In this document: positions 1 through 8,525 of the stretch, one piece after another
Layout: every line of letters starts with the position of its first letter
Position numbering within the stretch: the first letter of the stretch is position 1
DNA from: a virus
Lineage: Duplodnaviria > Caudoviricetes
Strand: one strand, 5' to 3'
DNA length: 25,542 bases
IMG/VR virus record: IMGVR_UViG_3300012953_000199
Coordinates: 1 to 25,542 of that record
Notes under the pieces: generated by a model
What the model was told of the DNA's origin: nothing
Databases searched by the model: none
The model's input: only the letters and a program-made list of their open reading frames with translations
Program-made: the position numbers and the translations under genes

Positions 1-18
1 CATCCTAAGAGACAGCCC

Positions 19-1755
19 ATGCCTATTTCGTCTAACAGGAGGCAACGGGTAATTGAGTTTGCGACGCCCAAGGTCGCTGACCTTGTAATCGTCGAGCGCG
101 TTGACTGTAGCAAAAACGTCAACGCCGCCGCTACCGCTTACGACAGCACTTACGGGACCTCACACCCCGACGATACCCGGTTCCCTAATTTCCGGTTGGC
201 CCTCATCAAGAATTCTGATGATGACCAAGGACAATATCAGGACTGGTATTACGTAAAGGACAGGGCTAATCAAGACGACTACAACTGGGAGTTCCAAGCG
301 GCAGGAGCCGACAGCCCACGATACGATACCGTTGTAAGGACATACCTGATACGTAGGATGGCGGACCCCGACAGCGACGGCGTGGCGGACCCTAGTCCAG
401 CTGGAACAGGTCCGGTTCAGGGTGTAGATTACTACGATACGAACATACCTAAAATTGGTTTTAATACTGCATCCAACACGAACGATTTACTTAAACTAGG
501 GCAACGGAAAGACGAATGCACTTATATGCCATCGGGGGACACCTCATTGACTCCTTTTAATGGGGTTTTCTTAACCGATACCACCCCCGACCCAGATTTA
601 ACTTCTTCCCCAAATAAGTTTGATACAGATTACATTTTCTTTGAGCGTAAGCAGGTCCGTTCAGGAGATGAGTTTCTGGATTCCTTATACGTTGTAGAGC
701 AAAGAGTTTATGTTAAGCGGGTATCTCATTACCGCGTTGATGCTGATGACGCATTCCCCTATAACGATCCCGCTGACGGTTCATCTACTTCAAACTTCGG
801 CGTCTTAATATCTAAGGAAACGATCCTACATAGGAATGAAACTGTTAAAGCCACTACAGCTTTTCTAGATGCTGACGCTGGTGATGAGGGGGTGCAGGAA
901 GACGGTTCCCCCGGCTTGATAGCGGTAACGGGTCCAGTCTCCGATTACGGGAAGTCTGCTTCTTATGTTTTTACGAACCCCAACACTATATATGAAGTAA
1001 GCAATCAAGCTCATACCCACGATGGTGTAGGTAGTGACCAAAATTACAATTTTTGGGGTGTAGACGCTTATGGCATCATGCGTGAGGGTAAGCAGTTGTC
1101 CGACAACTGGTATGCTTTAGTTGAGCGTCAAGTAGTGGAAACTATTGGCGCTACTAATCAAATAAATAAATACATGACCTATCAAAACTATTCATGGCCC
1201 GCTGTTCTTGATGGGGCAAACACAGCGAATGAAGACGGGCAAATAGGAGGTGCGGGTGTAAGTGGTTTTACATGGACTAGAAAGAATGGTGGGGGCGACA
1301 CGGTGGTATACCCCATTTATAAGAGACACGCTTATAGTGGACCTACAAAGGTAGAGGTGACCTTGTTTTGGAGAAAGGAGAAGTTCCCAGTAGACACCTA
1401 TACTGACGGACGGGACGGGGGAAACTCTAAGTTAACTAACATAGTTACCATGCAACCCATTCCGATTAGTTTTGTGTCCCCCTTAGAATCTTTAAACATA
1501 GGGCCCACGTTGCATGACGAGATAGAAATATTTATTACGACTGGAACAGACCACCCCGTGTGGGAGTTAGCCGGGGCTAATTTTAGCTATGAGGCTACTA
1601 ATTACATAGATTGGCCCACAAGCATTATAATTTCAGACACGCAGAAGCCATACCGTGGTGGTTGGTTGCGCGAACGTGTGAGGGCGTTCCAGCCTGAGTT
1701 GGGTCCGGGGGCCGATAAAGTAGAAACAGACCCATCTACGTCGCTCGTCACCTAA
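19..1755 (+). CDS. Putative virion structural (tail-region) protein, 578 aa
   Basis: Long ORF rich in D/T/G/Y with a DxDxDG-like segment (DPDSDG); first gene of a co-directional block that ends in lysis genes. No family recognised. Confidence 0.55.
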   Translation: MPISSNRRQRVIEFATPKVADLVIVERVDCSKNVNAAATAYDSTYGTSHPDDTRFPNFRLALIKNSDDDQGQYQDWYYVKDRANQDDYNWEFQAAGADSPRYDTVVRTYLIRRMADPDSDGVADPSPAGTGPVQGVDYYDTNIPKIGFNTASNTNDLLKLGQRKDECTYMPSGDTSLTPFNGVFLTDTTPDPDLTSSPNKFDTDYIFFERKQVRSGDEFLDSLYVVEQRVYVKRVSHYRVDADDAFPYNDPADGSSTSNFGVLISKETILHRNETVKATTAFLDADAGDEGVQEDGSPGLIAVTGPVSDYGKSASYVFTNPNTIYEVSNQAHTHDGVGSDQNYNFWGVDAYGIMREGKQLSDNWYALVERQVVETIGATNQINKYMTYQNYSWPAVLDGANTANEDGQIGGAGVSGFTWTRKNGGGDTVVYPIYKRHAYSGPTKVEVTLFWRKEKFPVDTYTDGRDGGNSKLTNIVTMQPIPISFVSPLESLNIGPTLHDEIEIFITTGTDHPVWELAGANFSYEATNYIDWPTSIIISDTQKPYRGGWLRERVRAFQPELGPGADKVETDPSTSLVT

Positions 1756-1761
1756 TATGTT

Positions 1762-2883
1762 ATGGCGGACTCTCCTACTAATGAATTTCCACAACACGGT
1801 GGGCAGGGTAAGGGACCTTACGGTGCGGGTTGGCCTGACAATCAGTTAACTACCCCCAACTTCCGTGGACGTAGGTTGGGTGAGCATAACCCGGACGTTT
1901 ACACTACAAATTACCCGGACTACGCAACAACCGCAACACACGTCAACCCTCCGTCAGACCCGGAAGCTATAGGTATTAAAGTGCATCCGTTCAAGTTAGA
2001 ACGGTATACTAAAATACTAACTAACGAAGAAAGATATTTGGGTCTTGGTGGTGATGCAGACCCCGCCACAGTTAAAACCTTGCGTGTTTATTACGGTGAG
2101 TTGTGGTCCACTGTATCCGTCATAAAAACTAAAGCCACTTTAGTTGCGGACGCTTCTTTGTCTCCGGGTGCTTCTGACCCTAACGTCAATGTATACGGTA
2201 TTTCCAGTCAGTTAGAGATACCGGGAATAAACCGGACAGTTATCCCTCAGTTTTCCGATGTAGGCGGAGGAGATGACCCTAACGCTATTAGGCGAGAGGT
2301 CCATAAGTTCGTAGAGTTTTCGGAAAAGTTTGATAAAGCGTTTGGTGAGGCTGTAAGTGACGGAGGGTCCTACGGTATAGTTATATTAAAGTTTCATGTA
2401 AACGTAGATGAAAGTTCAGATACTCCAGTGGGCGAGATCACAAGAGCGTATATAGACTTAGTGCCCACTACGGATGACATTGGCGTTGATCAATTAATAG
2501 AGGAGTTAGCCGAAAAAGAAAAGGATGGGAATGACGGGCTTCGCCGTGAGAATGATAACGAAGGCATATATACCGTTGTTATTGGTGAGAGCCGAGACAT
2601 GGAACTACAAGAAGACGACCCCGACAATCTCGGACAGAAAAGACTAGTCAACGAGGGAAAGTCACCTATAGACCAACAGGTTTACGACAACATATACTGG
2701 GCGGCTACTATAGTCACTGGTTCCGACAGTGTAAATGAACCTCAGACACCCCCGCCACCACCCCCAGTAACAACTACATACATTACACCATCATATCCCG
2801 GTCCCGGAGTCGTGGCTGTCGAGCCACCTCCCCGTAATATAGTCGTTATCAACGGAAACAAGAACGTCCAAGGGAACGAATAA
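1762..2883 (+). CDS. Putative virion protein with proline-rich C-terminus, 373 aa
   Basis: Acidic ORF starting 6 nt after the previous stop; C-terminal PQTPPPPPPVTTT tract. Function inferred from context only. Confidence 0.5.
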   Translation: MADSPTNEFPQHGGQGKGPYGAGWPDNQLTTPNFRGRRLGEHNPDVYTTNYPDYATTATHVNPPSDPEAIGIKVHPFKLERYTKILTNEERYLGLGGDADPATVKTLRVYYGELWSTVSVIKTKATLVADASLSPGASDPNVNVYGISSQLEIPGINRTVIPQFSDVGGGDDPNAIRREVHKFVEFSEKFDKAFGEAVSDGGSYGIVILKFHVNVDESSDTPVGEITRAYIDLVPTTDDIGVDQLIEELAEKEKDGNDGLRRENDNEGIYTVVIGESRDMELQEDDPDNLGQKRLVNEGKSPIDQQVYDNIYWAATIVTGSDSVNEPQTPPPPPPVTTTYITPSYPGPGVVAVEPPPRNIVVINGNKNVQGNE

Positions 2884-2891
2884 CCCACCCC

Positions 2892-2919
2892 TTGAAATAA
2901 CCACCATTTCCCCTATATT
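2892..2919 (+). promoter_or_regulatory. Sigma70-like promoter, possibly leaderless for 2928
   Basis: TTGAAA (2892-2897), 16 nt, TATATT (2914-2919), ATG 8 nt later; no Shine-Dalgarno in between. Confidence 0.5.
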
Positions 2920-2927
2920 AACGAGTC

Positions 2928-3602
2928 ATGCCTACCGCAACAGTTTCTCAGCTAAGTGCTAAATACCTCAAGTATTTAGACAAGGCAGACCTTACAGGTA
3001 ATGACGCGTCAGACCTGAACGCCTTCGAGGCCGCTCTGAACGAGGTAATGCCCCGTATATACCAGATGGGGTTATGGCGTGATATGCTTACCACCTTAAC
3101 CGAAGTGGACGTTAGTAGCGGGACATACGTTCTGGACGACCCATACGATTGTATCCTGTCGGCTATATTAGGTGATGACCCGACTATTATTAATAGCGTG
3201 TGGCACGATTACCGATTATTCGGGGAGCCCTCGGAAGGCTCTTCTTCGACTACCCTGATGGGTGGTTTTATTGACGACGGGTATAACGCTTCCGGTAAAC
3301 GCGTATACCGGGTAGGTCCAGTCAATTCAACGACCAAGGCCACCTTACTGGTCCGCCGCAAATGGGTGGACGTAGACGCTGGGCCCAATACGGTATACAT
3401 ACCGAACGACGCAACGGTCATAAAGCACGCGCTTCTGGGCAAACTGGCCGAGGATAACGCGGACGTGGAGCGTGCCGATTACCATTGGGGCACGTCCCAA
3501 AGATTAATGGAGGCTGACCTCGACTCTTACAGGGGCGGGGCCAAGCCCAAACTACACCTCGCGCCTGACGGGATAGGCGGAGGAATGGCAGGAATGTATT
3601 AA
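2928..3602 (+). CDS. Putative head-tail adaptor / tail tubular protein A-like, 224 aa
   Basis: Helical N-terminus (AALNEVMPRIY..GLW), central beta region starting GTYVL-D-P-D, helical C-terminus (IKHALLGKLAE). Size and layout resemble podoviral adaptor proteins. Confidence 0.5.
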   Translation: MPTATVSQLSAKYLKYLDKADLTGNDASDLNAFEAALNEVMPRIYQMGLWRDMLTTLTEVDVSSGTYVLDDPYDCILSAILGDDPTIINSVWHDYRLFGEPSEGSSSTTLMGGFIDDGYNASGKRVYRVGPVNSTTKATLLVRRKWVDVDAGPNTVYIPNDATVIKHALLGKLAEDNADVERADYHWGTSQRLMEADLDSYRGGAKPKLHLAPDGIGGGMAGMY

Positions 3603-3627
3603 TTTCAAACAAACAAGATAATTAGCT

Positions 3628-3927
3628 ATGGCTACAAACAACATTGAAAAACAATCCTTCGGAGAAGCCGGAGCAACTTTTGAGGCTAGGGCGGGAAGCG
3701 ATAGTGTTGCCCATGTGGGAGAATACTGCGCTATCCTTATAGTAGAAGCCGCTTCTTTTTCTACCCTTACATGGGCAGAATTGAATGTCGATTCTGCTGG
3801 AGCCGCTGTATCTCCTGCCGCTGACGCAATAACTGGACACACTTTTCCGGCGGGGGTTACTATCTACGGACAAATTACAGCGTTTACTATTACTTCAGGT
3901 AAAGTCCTCGCCTATCACGCCGCCTAA
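3628..3927 (+). CDS. Small hypothetical (probably virion) protein, 99 aa
   Basis: ATG after an A-rich leader; Ala/Thr-rich, ending TFPAGVTIYGQITAFTITSGKVLAY; fits the operon spacing. Confidence 0.6.
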   Translation: MATNNIEKQSFGEAGATFEARAGSDSVAHVGEYCAILIVEAASFSTLTWAELNVDSAGAAVSPAADAITGHTFPAGVTIYGQITAFTITSGKVLAYHAA

Positions 3928-3933
3928 AGAACG

Positions 3934-5058
3934 ATGGCCCTTGGAGCAGGATTATCAACGAGGGCTATTGTTAAGCCCGTCCCGCGTTTGCGGATGAAGT
4001 GGGTTATACCTTCAGGATTTTTTGAAGATAAGAAAATCGTATTACCTACCCATGCTAACGGGACATATGACTATCATGTTGATTGGGGCGATGGATCATC
4101 TGAGGATGTAACTGCGGCAGGCAATACCAGTTTTGGTGGGACTACTCTGAATGGTTTATATCACACCTATTCGGCAGCAGGGACGTATTACGTCACAGTC
4201 ACGGGTAAGATAAAGGGGTGGAGCTTTAACGCTGAAGCGTCATCTTTTAATAATTACAAATCTAAAATAAAAGATGTTATGGAGTGGGGGCCTCTTGAAA
4301 TTGGCCCGAACCCCGCTGGAGGCAGTTCTAGAGAAGGGGGGCAATTCAAGGGTTGCTCCGGTTTAACTGGGTCAGCAACAGATAGACTGCACTTAGGGGG
4401 TAATACTAATCTATACGAGATGTTTTCGGGATGTTCCGCTTTGGATGCTAACGGTTTAGTGAACATGAACACTTTGGCGGTAACCAATATGGGGCTGATG
4501 TTTTATCAGTGCGATGCTTTTAATAAAGACTTCTGCCCTGAGTTTTCCAGTGCAGGTATTACGGCGGCAAAATCGAATGGGCTTTGGGGATTTATGGCGG
4601 CGGCATCAAGTGGTGTCTTCAACAAGTCGTTCCCCAATGCGTTCACATCTAACATGAATCAAAATACTGACTTTCAGTTTATGTTTTTGAGACAATCGAA
4701 CTTTAATAATTCAACTGTTCAGTCGTTCAATATGTCTGCGGCTATATCTATAAACAATATGTTTAATCTTTGCACTTCTTTCAATCAAGACCTTGCGGGT
4801 TGGGATATTAGTAATGTTGGAGGGACTTTTCCCGGAGATGATTCTCCGTCTACCGACATGACTCAGTTCATGGCAGGAGCCAATGCATTGTCTACATCAA
4901 ATTACGATTATACTCTTGAGTATTGGGGAGCCGCTAGTGTCCAAAATGGCGTTAATATATCTTTTGGTGACGCTACTTTTACGGCTGATTCAGCCGCCGC
5001 TACTGCACGGGCGCATTTGGTATCTAGCCATAGCTGGAGTATTTATGATGGGTCATAG
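3934..5058 (+). CDS. PKD-like + DUF285/BspA-family surface protein, 374 aa
   Basis: YHVDWGDG..HTYSAAGTYYVTVTG (PKD-like); KIKDVMEWG; repeated MF..C..FN units; FNQDLAGWDISNV; C-cap LSTSNYD.TL..W...ARAHLVSSHSWSIYDG, typical of DUF285/BspA proteins. Confidence 0.8.
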   Translation: MALGAGLSTRAIVKPVPRLRMKWVIPSGFFEDKKIVLPTHANGTYDYHVDWGDGSSEDVTAAGNTSFGGTTLNGLYHTYSAAGTYYVTVTGKIKGWSFNAEASSFNNYKSKIKDVMEWGPLEIGPNPAGGSSREGGQFKGCSGLTGSATDRLHLGGNTNLYEMFSGCSALDANGLVNMNTLAVTNMGLMFYQCDAFNKDFCPEFSSAGITAAKSNGLWGFMAAASSGVFNKSFPNAFTSNMNQNTDFQFMFLRQSNFNNSTVQSFNMSAAISINNMFNLCTSFNQDLAGWDISNVGGTFPGDDSPSTDMTQFMAGANALSTSNYDYTLEYWGAASVQNGVNISFGDATFTADSAAATARAHLVSSHSWSIYDGS

Positions 5059-5059
5059 C

Positions 5060-5302
5060 ATGACGAATATAACGAATAGCTCTAAGTGGGTCATCGCTAC
5101 GGACGATGGCATCTCCTTTACAGGGGTTTTTAAGATGACCCCCAGTAATACATTATCTACAACTAAAGCTTATATTTTTACAGATGATACGGAAGACGGA
5201 TTGATGGAACAAGTTTTCGTTAACCCTGAAAGAGAGGATATACTTTTCTTTTCCGAACCCCAGTATGTCATCGAAAATTTAACACCGAAACCGTTGCCGT
5301 GA
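5060..5302 (+). CDS. Hypothetical protein, 80 aa
   Basis: ATG at 5060, 1 nt after the BspA stop (MTNITNSSKWVIATDDG...). The track's 4883 start overlaps the upstream gene by 176 nt and is unlikely. Confidence 0.6.
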   Translation: MTNITNSSKWVIATDDGISFTGVFKMTPSNTLSTTKAYIFTDDTEDGLMEQVFVNPEREDILFFSEPQYVIENLTPKPLP

Positions 5303-5478
5303 ACACCGGAGAGATAATCACTAAAGGAACGACAGGCATCGCTGGCTCAGTCTTGGCGGTTCTCTCTCCTTACCAAGAACATATGGAGTGGGCGATTCAA
5401 GTATTAGGAGGTCTTTTAGGAATTGCAGTGGCCGTGGTTTCGCTGTATCATCTACTTAAGAACAAGAATAAAAAATGA
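5299..5478 (+). CDS. Small membrane protein, holin/antiholin-like, 59 aa (not in ORF track)
   Basis: Translated manually: MNTGEIITKGTTGIAGSVLAVLSPYQEHMEWAIQVLGGLLGIAVAVVSLYHLLKNKNKK. GTGA overlap upstream and ATGA overlap downstream; two hydrophobic segments and a Lys-rich tail. Confidence 0.65.
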   Translation: MNTGEIITKGTTGIAGSVLAVLSPYQEHMEWAIQVLGGLLGIAVAVVSLYHLLKNKNKK

Positions 5479-5639
5479 GTAAAGAAGCATTAATGGGCCT
5501 TTTTCGCCATCTGCTGACCTTCGGAGGGGGTTTCCTCACAGAACGTGGGATAGCTACCGGAGAAGAAGTCCAGACAGGTGTCGCGGCAGTTGTTACACTT
5601 ATTGGACTGGTTTGGTCTGTCCTTAACAAGAAGAAGTGA
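5475..5639 (+). CDS. Putative holin (Pam3-gp28-like), 54 aa (not in ORF track)
   Basis: Translated manually: MSKEALMGLFRHLLTFGGGFLTERGIATGEEVQTGVAAVVTLIGLVWSVLNKKK. RH.LTFGGG...G.VWS..K pattern, two hydrophobic segments, basic tail, upstream of the endolysin. Confidence 0.7.
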   Translation: MSKEALMGLFRHLLTFGGGFLTERGIATGEEVQTGVAAVVTLIGLVWSVLNKKK

Positions 5640-5821
5640 AGTTCTTCCGGCTGTTAACCGCCGCGCTGGAGGCATACATAGCGTATGCGAAGTGGCGGCA
5701 GAGAACATACGTTTATGACTTGGAAGATAATATTGATGATTTGGCTTCCGACGGTAGCCCTGCTTCAAAGTTGCGTATGGAACGACTCGCCAAACGACTT
5801 AAACGAGAGCGCGATGTATGA
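5636..5821 (+). CDS. Hypothetical protein, candidate i-spanin-like, 61 aa
   Basis: GTGA-coupled to the holin; amphipathic/hydrophobic N-terminus then charged helix; overlapped in the +1 frame by a lipoprotein gene. Confidence 0.45.
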   Translation: MKFFRLLTAALEAYIAYAKWRQRTYVYDLEDNIDDLASDGSPASKLRMERLAKRLKRERDV

Positions 5822-5954
5822 TCCCCCGACCGTGACCCTCATCGAAGGATTTAAATATCCTTTCGTTGAGGGGACACTAATGGGTAGGGGCCAAAAGTTT
5901 CATTCAGATTATAGTTATCGTCGCGCTGTAATTATAGGGGGAGGCGGTAAATGA
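5715..5954 (+). CDS. Lipoprotein, candidate o-spanin, 79 aa
   Basis: ATG 5715 gives MTWKIILMIWLPTVALLQS-C: basic N-region, hydrophobic core and lipobox-like LQSC; stop overlaps the endolysin ATG. Confidence 0.6.
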   Translation: MTWKIILMIWLPTVALLQSCVWNDSPNDLNESAMYDPPTVTLIEGFKYPFVEGTLMGRGQKFHSDYSYRRAVIIGGGGK

Positions 5955-6508
5955 TCGCGTTGTGCGTAGGGCATAGCCGACAAGGGGACTGTGGCGCTTT
6001 ATCCGTTAACGGGACCAGTGAGTATGATTACAATACCGGGTTAGCTGACCTTATAGAGGAACACACCCAACAAGAAGTTAGGATATACTCATCGTATGAG
6101 GGCAACAGCTACACTAGCGCAATGCGCCGTTTAGCCAAACGCTTGAGACGAGATAATGCAGAAGCCGCTATAGAGTTGCATTTTAATGCCGCGTCGCCTT
6201 CTGCGACCGGGCACGAATGGTTATATTGGTATTCGTCAGAAATGGGTAGGTTGATGGCCCGCGCACTACGTGATTCTATGGAGGACGCGTTCCCTCAACT
6301 CACAAGCCGAGGCGTAAAGGCCCGCGGAAAGGGAAGCCGCGGCGCGATGTTTTTACGAACAACCCACTGCCCCGCGGTAATAGCCGAACCTTTTTTCGGG
6401 ACCAACCCTGACGACTGGGAGCTTGCCCTTAAACACAAGGAAGGATTAGCACACGCGATTGCCGGGGGTTTATTTTTATATAAGGAATTAGCGAGTAGAT
6501 GGGAGTGA
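5951..6508 (+). CDS. N-acetylmuramoyl-L-alanine amidase (Amidase_3) endolysin
   Basis: Zn-ligand motifs VGH, SEYDYN, IELHFNA; ATGHE; PAVIAEPFF with the catalytic Glu. Confidence 0.9.
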   Translation: MIALCVGHSRQGDCGALSVNGTSEYDYNTGLADLIEEHTQQEVRIYSSYEGNSYTSAMRRLAKRLRRDNAEAAIELHFNAASPSATGHEWLYWYSSEMGRLMARALRDSMEDAFPQLTSRGVKARGKGSRGAMFLRTTHCPAVIAEPFFGTNPDDWELALKHKEGLAHAIAGGLFLYKELASRWE

Positions 6509-6512
6509 TGTA

Positions 6513-6821
6513 ATGAAACTACCAAAGACGGTCACAATCGCGGGTAAGCGGATTAAATTGGTAGTTGATAAATTCAGGGGTGAGGACAGCGGCACGTTTG
6601 GCGAATACGCTCACGACGACAAGGTCATTCAAATTAATACAGGACTCTCAGACGAGGTGGTCCTAGACACTCTCAGGCACGAGATGATGGAAGCCAGCCT
6701 GTTTATATCTGGTATTGCTTGGTCTGAACGCTATGAACAAGAGCCTGTTGTTCGGTGCATGGAGGAAATTTTTTTCCCGGCGTGGGAAGCAACATTAAAA
6801 AGGATTAAAAATAAACCATGA
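6513..6821 (+). CDS. Small phage zincin/metallopeptidase-like protein (HExxE variant), 102 aa
   Basis: MKLPKTVTIAG...FGEY...IQIN...TLRHEMMEA resembles the common phage 'TL.HE..H' family. Confidence 0.55.
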   Translation: MKLPKTVTIAGKRIKLVVDKFRGEDSGTFGEYAHDDKVIQINTGLSDEVVLDTLRHEMMEASLFISGIAWSERYEQEPVVRCMEEIFFPAWEATLKRIKNKP

Positions 6822-7696
6822 AGAACTTAGACGATTCTGTAGAAGAGGCTTTAAGCTCTATGCCTTCCTTAACCGGAAAGGACAAAAAGGACAAGGGGCC
6901 TTTTCAACCCCGGTTTCCTGAGACGGCCAAGTATGAAAGCGGCATTCTTAGAACAAAAGAAGACCCCTATGCCGTAGGAGGCATCTCGTCAGGAAAGCAG
7001 GACATTGGGCGTAGGTCTTACGGCACATATCAGATTCGGTCACAGGAGATAGGGGACTTTGTAAAGGGACTCCCGGGCACTGCCCCCTATAAAAAGCTGA
7101 AGAGTTTAGTCACTGACAAAGAAGACCAGACTGATGCCTTTAATAAGGAGCATAAAAGAGTAGCCGCTGAGCACAACAAAGAATACGGGACCTTGCAGGA
7201 AGATTTTCGTATTGCGACAGGGTCAAAAGCTCAGAAACGCGTAGTGGGAAACTTAGGTATACAGAAGCTATCCAGATACCCTGACAGGTTTATTGATTAT
7301 GTATTTGGGTTCGTTAACCAATACGGCGCAAACTTAGCCCCCAAGGCCGCGGCAACTATGGGCAAAGACCTAAGGTTATCAGCGGAACGGAAAGGCAAGC
7401 CTCTCTCGATGAACGAAATCGTGAACACGATGTCAGATTACCGGGTAAAAAACGCGCACATTAACTTTGCTAAGACCCGTAAAAAGTTCGGCGATAAGGC
7501 AATACGAAACCTGCAAAAAAGATTCGAGCATGAACGCAAGTCGTTCAGTGACCCGAAGAAAGACTTCACGCCTACTGTGCAAGAAGATAGGTCACCCATT
7601 AAAGGGGTAGACGCTTACCAGACAGGAGGGAAAAAAGGGCACGCGGACACTCCTTTTAAGAACATGATTCGTTCTCTAGGGGCATACACGGACTAG
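6818..7696 (+). CDS. VgrG3 C-terminal-like peptidoglycan muramidase, 292 aa
   Basis: AKYESG...ISSGKQDIG..SYGTYQI...QEDF...VNQYG...RFEHE matches the YES / GD.GG.SYG.YQ / VQ(H/Y)G / RF.E pattern of VgrG3-like lysozyme domains. Confidence 0.7.
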   Translation: MKNLDDSVEEALSSMPSLTGKDKKDKGPFQPRFPETAKYESGILRTKEDPYAVGGISSGKQDIGRRSYGTYQIRSQEIGDFVKGLPGTAPYKKLKSLVTDKEDQTDAFNKEHKRVAAEHNKEYGTLQEDFRIATGSKAQKRVVGNLGIQKLSRYPDRFIDYVFGFVNQYGANLAPKAAATMGKDLRLSAERKGKPLSMNEIVNTMSDYRVKNAHINFAKTRKKFGDKAIRNLQKRFEHERKSFSDPKKDFTPTVQEDRSPIKGVDAYQTGGKKGHADTPFKNMIRSLGAYTD

Positions 7697-7701
7697 TAGT
7701 C

Positions 7702-8250
7702 ATGGGCCGTCCTCACATTAGGAAACGGTTTAAGGATATCGATGACATAGTAGTGTATTCAACGTCCAGTAAGGACATTGAGCAAGCGCATAAACGCGCT
7801 TGCAGACTAGGGGCCTCCGCGTCATGTAACGCGGGAATAAGCTCACGAATGGTTGGGTTTTTAGGAGAAGTAGCAGTTTGCCGTTTTTTAGGGGTGAGGA
7901 GCCGTTACGTAGGTTTTGAACAATCAGCTTACGATATAGTTTACAAAAAACAGCGTATAGAAGTTAAGAGTAAAAACTGCCAGATGCGTCCCTCTCCAGA
8001 ATTTAATGCTTTCGCCAATGGCCGTAAGGGAGTAATCCCGGATAATGATATTTACTTTTTCACTCGTGTTAAAAGTGACTACCAAAAAGTCTACCTTTGT
8101 GGCTGGTTACCCACCCCCACGTTCTTTGACGAGGCAAAGTTCCTAGCCAAAGGTATGGCAGACGATTCCGGTTTTGTGTTCAAGCTAAACGGCTACCACA
8201 TTAATATTAGTGAACTGCACCCCGCTAGAGAGTTTAAAAAGCAGTATTAA
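7702..8250 (+). CDS. PD-(D/E)XK restriction-endonuclease-fold protein, 182 aa
   Basis: GFLGEVAV ... YDI ... IEVKS catalytic pattern; DIYFF ... LCGW. Confidence 0.6.
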   Translation: MGRPHIRKRFKDIDDIVVYSTSSKDIEQAHKRACRLGASASCNAGISSRMVGFLGEVAVCRFLGVRSRYVGFEQSAYDIVYKKQRIEVKSKNCQMRPSPEFNAFANGRKGVIPDNDIYFFTRVKSDYQKVYLCGWLPTPTFFDEAKFLAKGMADDSGFVFKLNGYHINISELHPAREFKKQY

Positions 8251-8525
8251 GCGTAGGGGCTCGCGTCTTCAGGCGTAGAAATATAGAAAGGGAACCCGTC
8301 TCCTAGAGCCCCTGCTACATTGAACCAAAAGTATTCGGTCGCTTCTTCGTGGCTCATGTCTTCCGCGAGGATGCTTATACACTTTTCAATAGAGTATACT
8401 GCTCTAGGGCCTCCTTCAGCCTCCATATGTATCCCAAGAAAGGCGTCGTCCATGCCGTCCGGAATAAGTATATCAACCTTAATATTAAGGCCGTCTACGA
8501 AGTCATCTATTTCTTCTCGCGTCAT
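8247..8525 (-). CDS. Conserved phage hypothetical protein, 92 aa (paralog of 18080-18352)
   Basis: DGMDDAFLG...AVYSIEKCI.IL...MSHEEA.EYF.FN..GA..G..P; start overlaps the primase stop. Confidence 0.7.
   Translation of the reverse strand: MTREEIDDFVDGLNIKVDILIPDGMDDAFLGIHMEAEGGPRAVYSIEKCISILAEDMSHEEATEYFWFNVAGALGDGFPFYISTPEDASPYA

Noticed and set aside
3934-5058. Diversity-generating retroelement target
   Set aside because: No reverse transcriptase or template/variable repeat pair was seen in the window.
4883-5059. Upstream extensions of track ORFs (starts 4883, 5685, 10759, 14617, 17199)
   Set aside because: They overlap neighbouring genes or non-coding elements; downstream ATGs (5060, 5715, 10699, 14569, 17094) fit coupling, signal peptide or promoter positions better.
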